Source: Okeania sp. (GTDB lineage Bacteria > Cyanobacteriota > Cyanobacteriia > Cyanobacteriales > Microcoleaceae). From it: DNA of 21,584 nt. The number at the start of each line of letters is the position of its first letter. Positions within the stretch are counted from its first letter, which is position 1. The translations under genes were made by a program, and so were the position numbers. Under the pieces are notes generated by a model. It had not been told where the DNA came from. It searched no databases and worked only from the letters and a program-made list of their open reading frames with translations. This document shows positions 16,138 through 21,584 of this stretch, one piece after another. Location: the NCBI RefSeq assembly GCF_035285525.1, contig NZ_JAYKGW010000076.1:1-21584 (forward strand). The letters are read 5' to 3'.

Positions 16138-17028
16138 TTAAGCAAAGCGACGACGTAACAAAGGTTGAATTGCCACTAGAGTCACAATATCAAACACCAA
16201 CAATACCAATAACGCTACCCCAAAAGAAATATCACCAAAAGGTGCTTCCATAACTACACTACCAAAACAGAAATTATTGTGTAGATACAAATATCTAATC
16301 GGTTCAATCGCATAACTCAAAGGATTTAAACTCGCTACTACTTGTAACCAACTTGGCATAAAAGATAGAGGTGCTAGAGCTGTACTAGCAAATAATAAAG
16401 GTAAGTTAGTTACAAAAATCACTGCCAAAAGTTCAATATGACCAGGTAAAGCAAAAGCCAGACCCAAACTTAAACCAGTGACACCAAAAACTAACATTAA
16501 AACAATCAGAGCGATAGTAGCTAATCCTAAAATATTAGGTAATCCTGCACCCAAAAATGCACCAGCAGCAACAATAATAGCTGATTGAATTAAACTTAGG
16601 GTGACAATAAAAGTAGCAGAAGCTAAAACAATCGAAAAGCGAGAAGTCAAAGGTGCTACCAAGAGGCGGTTGAGAAAACCAAACTCTCGGTCAAACATAA
16701 CTGGTAAACCAGCATTTAAAGCGCCAGCAAAAGCAGTGAAGACAATAATACCTGCACCAAGAAATTGTCCGTAGTTTTGACTTTCACCAAACAAACCTTG
16801 AGGAACATTTTGGAAAAGTGCCCCAAAAAGAATTAACCACATCAAAGGTTGAATAATTCCAGCAATTAAAGTAGAAGGCCGTCGTTTCAGTTGGATAAAT
16901 AAACGACGAGTTAGTGCCAGAGTTTCTTGAAAAAAGTCTCCTACCAAAGAACCGGAAGTTAAGGATGTCGTCTTAGTATCAGACAACTGACTTATATTTG
17001 GTTGAGAAGGGGTAATAGTACCACTCAT
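16138..17028 (-). CDS. ABC-2 type transporter permease (ycf38-like topology)
   Basis: 296 aa. A polar N-terminus is followed by RRLFIQLKRRPSTLIAGIIQPLMWLILFGALF and about six hydrophobic spans. The layout is typical of ABC-2 (DrrB/NodJ/Ycf38-type) permeases. No ATPase gene is adjacent. Confidence 0.8.
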   Translation of the reverse strand: MSGTITPSQPNISQLSDTKTTSLTSGSLVGDFFQETLALTRRLFIQLKRRPSTLIAGIIQPLMWLILFGALFQNVPQGLFGESQNYGQFLGAGIIVFTAFAGALNAGLPVMFDREFGFLNRLLVAPLTSRFSIVLASATFIVTLSLIQSAIIVAAGAFLGAGLPNILGLATIALIVLMLVFGVTGLSLGLAFALPGHIELLAVIFVTNLPLLFASTALAPLSFMPSWLQVVASLNPLSYAIEPIRYLYLHNNFCFGSVVMEAPFGDISFGVALLVLLVFDIVTLVAIQPLLRRRFA

Positions 17029-17177
17029 ATTATTAGATAGATAGTATTAGTGCAAATTTATTGTAGCAATTCTGAAAGGTCGTGGGTGGTGCGGTGCATT
17101 ATATTTTGGTGACGAGGCATAGCAGTGGGAGCATCTTGCCCCTGTACCAAGCATTCTTTTGTCCTATGTGTCATTAG

Positions 17178-17270
17178 CAGGACTTGCGCAAAGGTACTAA
17201 ATATAGAGTTAAAAAAACTATTGCGTATGGGGTTTTAAGCACGATATCTAGGGTAGTTCCGTAAGTCCTG
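17178..17270. repeat. MITE-like element, copy B
   Basis: CAGGACTTGC (17178-17187) ... GTAAGTCCTG (17261-17270). It is collinear with copy A, sharing GGTACTA, AAAAACTATTGCG and TCTAGGGT, but the central palindrome is degraded. Confidence 0.6.
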
Positions 17271-17380
17271 ATTAGTATGCAGCTACCTTCCCAAAAAGCA
17301 GGAGGTAAGAAAATTTAGGTTTGACATATCAGGAAATAAAAACACAAAAGGATAACTGTACTTTACAAGCTTCAGAAAAA

Positions 17381-17465
17381 CAGGAATTACAGGGGAGGTA
17401 CTATATATATAGGGTCAAAAAACTATTCTACAATAGTTTTAAGCAATATATCTAGGGTTGTTGCT
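17381..17465. repeat. MITE-like element, copy C (right terminus degenerate)
   Basis: CAGGAATTACAGGGGAGGTACTAT (17381-17404) is nearly identical to the copy A start. The core palindrome is AAAACTATTCTACAATAGTTTT. TCTAGGGTTG is conserved, but the right TIR is missing. Confidence 0.55.
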
Positions 17466-17554
17466 GCAATAATGGATAATTGATAATTACCTCTGTCTGC
17501 CTAAAACGGATAGGATTGAATAAAAGGAAAAAATTTATTTCTCCAGGGGAGATT

Positions 17555-17775
17555 AGATGTGGTTAGGGAACCGATCCATCTCACCCTTCGGGAAGTTCCG
17601 CTTTTTCTTCGGGAATGCTTCGCTTTTCATGTCGCATCGGGTTTTCGTATAGAGAATGCTGCGCTTTCCATGTCGGTTGAAGCGCCATTTCGCTGCGCGA
17701 CATATAAAGCGGAGCTTTGTGAAGTGCAAAAACGTCCGCTTTTTCCCTTTTAAAGGGGAGGCTTCAAAGCGCGAA
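17555..17775. repeat. G+C-richer island built from CGCTTT-type direct and inverted repeats
   Basis: Tandem CTTCGGGAAGTTCCGCTTTTT and CTTCGGGAATGCTTCGCTTTTC (17586-17628). A 22-nt direct repeat, GAATGCTTCGCTTTTCATGTCG (17613-17634) and GAATGCTGCGCTTTCCATGTCG (17654-17675), is 20/22 identical. An inverted copy CGACATATAAAGCG lies at 17697-17710. It ends with the CCCTTTTAAAGGGG palindrome and GGCTTCAAAG, as in the 10.2-kb hairpin cluster. Confidence 0.5.
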
Positions 17776-17841
17776 TTATTTAATTATTTAATTATTTAAT
17801 TATTAATTATTCGGTAAATCCTATTATAGATAGGGCTTGCT

Positions 17842-17964
17842 AAAAAAAGCAGAGTGTGGGAAGAGTAGGAAGTGTGGGAAGTGTGGGAAGAGTAGGAAGT
17901 GTGGGAAGTGTGGGAAGTGTGGGAAGAGTGGGAAGAAAGAGAAATAATTTTACCTTGATTTTTC
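17842..17964. repeat. Composite dispersed repeat, copy 2, with an expanded 9-nt tandem array
   Basis: Leader AAAAAAAGCAGAGTGTGGG, then nine 9-nt units at 17854-17934 (GTGTGGGAA x5, GAGTAGGAA x2, GAGTGGGAA, in the order 1-2-1-1-2-1-1-1-3), then the trailer AATAATTTTACCTTGATTTTTC (17943-17964). Confidence 0.8.
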
Positions 17965-18214
17965 AGTGCTTGTCTGTCCAAAATCTTAACTTGAGGAGCA
18001 GGAAGCAGTTCCAAACTAGGTACTTTTTCCAGACTTAAAAAGACTAAAACCTTTATTGAATAGTGCTTTTAGATTTAATCAGCCAGCCCTAGATAGATAT
18101 CAGACTTCTCATTAGTTACAGCGGTTTTCCTGGTTATGAGGTACACTTGTCGAGGGCAAAATATCCGCACTAGCTGTAAATTCTTTCTCCCTACTTCCTA
18201 AAATGTGATATAAA

Positions 18215-19069
18215 TTGGAACTGTTAAATAAAAAATGTCCAAACAGGTTCAATTCTAACGAAAAAAAATCTATGCTCAAACTTTCTTTAGAAAATGTCAA
18301 GGCAAAATTTAGGGAAATATTAATATATGGTATTGGCTCCAGACTGATCAAATTTATAGAACAGTTAATTCCTAGTTATTCCTTAATTGGCGATACAGCA
18401 TTTTTTGAGTCTTATCAATTTGAATGGGTAGAAGAACTAGAAGCAAATTGGATGTTAATTAGAAAAGAATTAGATGAACTCCTAAAATATCGAGATGATT
18501 TACCAAATTTCCAAGACATTTCTCCAGACCAAGCTGAATATACCAGTACTGATAATTTGTGGAAAACATATTTTATGTATGGGTATGGAATAAAATCTGA
18601 AAAAAATTGTCAAAGATGCCCAGAAACAACTCGTTTAATTGAAAAAATTCCTGGAATGAAAACGGCATTTTTTTCAATTTTAATGCCTGGTAAACATATT
18701 CCCGAACATAGAGGTCCGTACAAAGGAGTTATTCGTTGTTTATTAGGATTAAAAATACCAGAACCCAGAGAAAAATGTCGGATTCGAGTAGGTAATGAAA
18801 CTCGTTATTGGGAAGAAGGAAAAGGTATGTTTTTTGATGATTCTTTTCCCCATGAAGCTTGGAATGAAACTGATGATGTGAGGGTGGTTTTGTTTTTAGA
18901 TATTATGAGACCAATGGGTTTTCCTCTGTCAAAAATTAATTCGTTATTGATGAAAATTATTGCAATTTCTCCATATATTCAAGATGCTTATGAGAATCAA
19001 AAACAATGGGATAACCGTTTAGAAAAACTGTTTTCTAAGGAAAATGAAAAGGAGAAAGTTGCATCGTAA
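18215..19069 (+). CDS. Aspartyl/asparaginyl beta-hydroxylase family 2OG oxygenase (LpxO/AspH-like)
   Basis: GKHIPEHRGPYKGVIRCLLGLKIPE, CRIRVGNETRYWEEGKGMFFDDSFPHEAWNETD and VVLFLDIMRP match the Asp/Arg hydroxylase fold signature. The track start at 18215 is a TTG. The first in-frame ATG is at 18272 (MLKLSLEN...) and may be the true start. Confidence 0.8.
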   Translation: MELLNKKCPNRFNSNEKKSMLKLSLENVKAKFREILIYGIGSRLIKFIEQLIPSYSLIGDTAFFESYQFEWVEELEANWMLIRKELDELLKYRDDLPNFQDISPDQAEYTSTDNLWKTYFMYGYGIKSEKNCQRCPETTRLIEKIPGMKTAFFSILMPGKHIPEHRGPYKGVIRCLLGLKIPEPREKCRIRVGNETRYWEEGKGMFFDDSFPHEAWNETDDVRVVLFLDIMRPMGFPLSKINSLLMKIIAISPYIQDAYENQKQWDNRLEKLFSKENEKEKVAS

Positions 19070-19164
19070 ATACATTCAAAAAAAGCAGGAAAGATGCTAT
19101 TTTACCAAAAAAAATGAGGTATAAAGCCTCTCCTTTTAAGGGGATGAAAACAATATTGACAGCA

Positions 19165-19260
19165 GATTCCAAGTATATGAAGTACAGATATTAATAATTT
19201 AATTTTCATAAGTAGCGAGCCGAAAAGCTCGCGTCGGTGTACTTCACGCCTGGTGGAATC
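19165..19260. repeat. Imperfect 96-nt three-segment hairpin
   Basis: GATTCC (19165-19170) pairs with GGAATC (19255-19260). TGAAGTACA (19178-19186) pairs with TGTACTTCA (19238-19246). The apical hairpin is GCGAGC-CGAAAA-GCTCGC (19215-19232). Confidence 0.4.
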
Positions 19261-19588
19261 CCCTGTAAATTAGTATTTCAAAGCTCTCACTTTATCGGAG
19301 ATTGACTCTCTATTGATAACTGAAATGACCTACCTTATTGAGGTAGTTATTACAGAGAAGATACCTGTTATATAAATAAAAAGTCTTAGCATAAGTATCT
19401 GGCTTTTTCTACTAACTAACAGGCAAGATACCTGTGCTATTTTCTGAAATTATCAAAAGATATTTCTGTATATAAATTAACAAAAAATCAGCAGTAAATT
19501 ATTTAATGTATTTAGTAAGTATTCAGCTCTTAGCAGTCAGCTCTCAGCAATAATATAAAATCCGGCTGAATACTCATTATATAATTGT

Positions 19589-19659
19589 GGGAGATGGGGA
19601 GATGGGGAGGTGGGGAGATGGGGAGATGGGGAGATGGGGAGATGGGGAGATGGGGAGAT
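19589..19659. repeat. 8-nt tandem repeat array (GGGGAGAT)n
   Basis: One partial unit plus eight full units. Seven are GGGGAGAT and one is GGGGAGGT (19604-19611). The array is bracketed by the inverted repeat ATATAAAATCCGG (19553-19565) and CCGGATTCTATAT (19698-19710), 12/13 matching. It is preceded by the tandem 14-mers TCAGCTCTTAGCAG and TCAGCTCTCAGCAA (19523-19550). Confidence 0.85.
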
Positions 19660-19909
19660 TGAAGTGTAGATAAAATTATGAACATATACACTTGTAACCG
19701 GATTCTATATAAAAATAAATGAAGTAAAAATTTCCTTAACTTCTACTACATTTTTAACTAGAGAACTACAGTATAAGAAAAACCTGTATTCAAAACAATA
19801 AAGCTAATAATTGATTCCTAAATATTTACTATAATTTATGACAATTTTTATTCGCTAAGTTGTTCTATTTATTATTCATAAAAAATCAAAAATATATTGG
19901 GAGAGAGTA

Positions 19910-21424
19910 GTGGGTTACGATTTTGATGCAATTATTATTGGCAGTGGTGCAGGAGGAGGAACGATCGCCCATACTCTAGCCAAAGCTGGTAAACAAGTTC
20001 TCCTAGTAGAACGTGGTCCAAGATTTAGTGACGTTGAAGCTTTCCAAGATGAACAACGGATGTTAATCAATAAAGAAGCTTTCGATGATCGCCAAATTCA
20101 AGTTAATGGCCGTAATGCCCAACTCCACATCGCTGGAATATTAGGGGGTGGCACTGCTTTATATGGTGGAGTATTAATGCGTCCGAGTCCCTACGACTTC
20201 CACCCAGGCAAATTCTATGAGGAATGGCTACCCCGTCATCTGTGGGATTGGCCAATTACTTACGATGATTTGGCTCCCTATTTTGACCAAGCAGAAATAT
20301 TATTTCGTGTTGCTGGAGATCACCCATCCAAAATGCCTCATGTAGGTACAGCAAAAAATGGTTATCCAGGAAAAGTTCCTCCATTGGAACCAATTAACCA
20401 ACAATTGGAAGAAGGTATGAAAAATGCTGGGTTAATGCCATTTCATCTGCCTTTTGCTATAGATTTTGATATTTGTCTACGTTGCCCTAAATGTCCTGGT
20501 TTCTATTGTCCCAATGAAGCTCGTGGCTCCACAGTCAAGCGTACTATTGATGAAGCAGCCCTTAATTATAACCTAAAAATTAAAACTTTTACCGAAGCAG
20601 AATATTTAGTTACTAATAGTAGTAAAAAAGTTACAGGTATTCGTCTGATTTGTCGTGAAACTAAAAAAGTTGAGGAACTAACAGCTAAAGTTTATATTTT
20701 GTCTGCGGGAGCTTTAGGTAGTCCAGTTATTTTGATGAAGTCTGGTTTAACAGAACGTAGCGGACAACTGGGGCGAAATTATATGTATCATTGTGGCGCA
20801 TTAGTGGCAGGTTTATTCAAACAAGACATCGGAGGAGCAGATAAATTTATTAAACAATTAGGGTTTACAGATTTGTATTTGGGAACTGAAGAATTTCCCC
20901 ATAAATTGGGATTAGCTCAAACAGTACCTATTCCCGGTATTCTTTCTCTGCAACAAAATTTCCCGGTTCCCATACCAAAAGCGATCGCTGAATATTTATT
21001 GAAGCGAATGTTGGTAATAACTGGTATAGTAGAAGATTTACCCCAAGAAGAAAATCGGATCGAACTTGGCAAGGATGGGAAAATTAGTCTGTTCCATAAA
21101 TTCCATTCTTATGATGTTTACCGTTCTCAGTATTATCAGAAAAAGTTAAAGCAGGTGTTTCAGTCAGCAGGAACAGTATTTGCTTTGGGAGCAACAGGTG
21201 ATAAGGATGATATTCATACATCCCACCAGGTAGGTACAACTCGGTTTGGTAACGATCCAAATACATCTGTGTTGAATACAGATTGTCGTTTACACGATCG
21301 TGAAAATGTTTTTGTGGTCGATGGTGGATTTATGCCAAATGCTTTGGGAGTTAGTCCAGCTTTGACTATTGCAGCAAATGCTTTGAGAGTTGGAGATATT
21401 ATGTTGGAGAAAGGGGTGATTTGA
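19910..21424 (+). CDS. GMC-family FAD-dependent oxidoreductase (GTG start)
   Basis: N-terminal FAD fold YDFDAIIIGSGAGGGTIAHTLAKAGKQVLLVERG. The C-terminal GMC domain has HQVGTTRFGNDPNTSVLNTDCRLHDRENVFVVDGGFMPNALGVSPALTIAANALR. A GGGAGAGAG purine-rich stretch lies just upstream of the GTG. Confidence 0.85.
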   Translation: MGYDFDAIIIGSGAGGGTIAHTLAKAGKQVLLVERGPRFSDVEAFQDEQRMLINKEAFDDRQIQVNGRNAQLHIAGILGGGTALYGGVLMRPSPYDFHPGKFYEEWLPRHLWDWPITYDDLAPYFDQAEILFRVAGDHPSKMPHVGTAKNGYPGKVPPLEPINQQLEEGMKNAGLMPFHLPFAIDFDICLRCPKCPGFYCPNEARGSTVKRTIDEAALNYNLKIKTFTEAEYLVTNSSKKVTGIRLICRETKKVEELTAKVYILSAGALGSPVILMKSGLTERSGQLGRNYMYHCGALVAGLFKQDIGGADKFIKQLGFTDLYLGTEEFPHKLGLAQTVPIPGILSLQQNFPVPIPKAIAEYLLKRMLVITGIVEDLPQEENRIELGKDGKISLFHKFHSYDVYRSQYYQKKLKQVFQSAGTVFALGATGDKDDIHTSHQVGTTRFGNDPNTSVLNTDCRLHDRENVFVVDGGFMPNALGVSPALTIAANALRVGDIMLEKGVI

Positions 21425-21443
21425 GGAAAACCTAACCCCCCAA

Positions 21444-21468
21444 CCCCCTTCCCTTGTAGGGAAGGGGG
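21444..21468 (+). terminator. G/C-rich hairpin 20 nt after the GMC stop (repeat family; possible terminator)
   Basis: CCCCCTTCCC (21444-21453) pairs with GGGAAGGGGG (21459-21468), a perfect 10-bp stem with loop TTGTA. No U-tract follows. It belongs to the same CCTAACCCCCC-led family as 10196-10326. Confidence 0.35.
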
Positions 21469-21584
21469 AGCTAGATAACCTCTAGGTCAATGTGTGATAA
21501 GTTACGTTGTCGGGTAAAATGAAATAACCTAACTTTTTACAAAATAATTTATTTATGGAGTCTTCAAAACTACAGAAACCATCG

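Noticed and set aside
17559-18351. ORFs 17559-17753 (+), 17796-18014 (-), 17856-18038 (+) and 18112-18351 (-)
   Set aside because: The first lies in the CGCTTT repeat island. The next two are read-throughs of the 9-nt array (HTSHTSHTSYSS / GSVGSVGRV periodicity). The last overlaps the 5' end of the AspH-like gene on the opposite strand and has no motifs.
17854-19659. The tandem arrays at 17854-17934 and 19589-19659 as CRISPR arrays
   Set aside because: The units are only 8-9 nt and directly abut with no unique spacers. CRISPR repeats are about 24-48 nt and are separated by spacers of similar length. No cas genes are present.
21084-21266. 60-aa minus-strand ORF
   Set aside because: It is antisense within the conserved C-terminal domain of the GMC oxidoreductase, so it is a shadow ORF.
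21555-21584. Possible start of a new plus-strand gene (ATGGAGTCTTCAAAACTACAGAAACCATCG) at the window edge
   Set aside because: Only 10 codons are visible, and there is no recognisable motif or ribosome-binding site. It cannot be distinguished from chance.

Overview
AT-rich DNA, roughly one-third G+C by eye. It contains at least eight perfect copies of the cyanobacterial HIP1 octamer GCGATCGC and many short tandem and inverted repeats. About one third of the window is non-coding. This profile fits a filamentous cyanobacterium and resembles Trichodesmium-type genomes, but that assignment is inference, not proof. (1) The window opens inside the 3' end of a group II intron, with a textbook domain V at 50-83, a domain VI, and a 3' splice site near 126/127. 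The intron interrupts the enolase gene, and the enolase frame continues upstream of the ORF-track start at 192 back to position 127. (2) Positions 1.9-15.0 kb hold 12 co-directional plus-strand genes made up almost entirely of small-molecule tailoring enzymes. They comprise three SAM methyltransferases (one inactivated by a perfect 29-bp tandem duplication), a 2OG/Fe(II) oxygenase, a PhyH-family dioxygenase and an MDR-type oxidoreductase. The locus also holds two paralogous long beta-hydroxyacid-dehydrogenase-like proteins, each followed by a paralogous sulfotransferase-like protein, plus an enolase-superfamily (MR/MLE) enzyme and a truncated gamma-butyrobetaine-hydroxylase-type N-terminal domain. 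There is no PKS, NRPS or terpene scaffold gene. I read this as a candidate, apparently uncharacterised pathway for a hydroxylated, methylated and O-sulfated polar metabolite. That reading is a hypothesis. (3) Positions 15-21.5 kb hold a repeat-saturated spacer, an isolated minus-strand ABC-2 permease, an Asp/Asn beta-hydroxylase-family gene and a GMC flavoprotein oxidoreductase. The intergenic DNA carries several dispersed repeat families: MITE-like elements, C5/G5 hairpins, AT-rich inverted blocks, and 8- and 9-nt tandem arrays. No rRNA, tRNA or CRISPR array was recognised.
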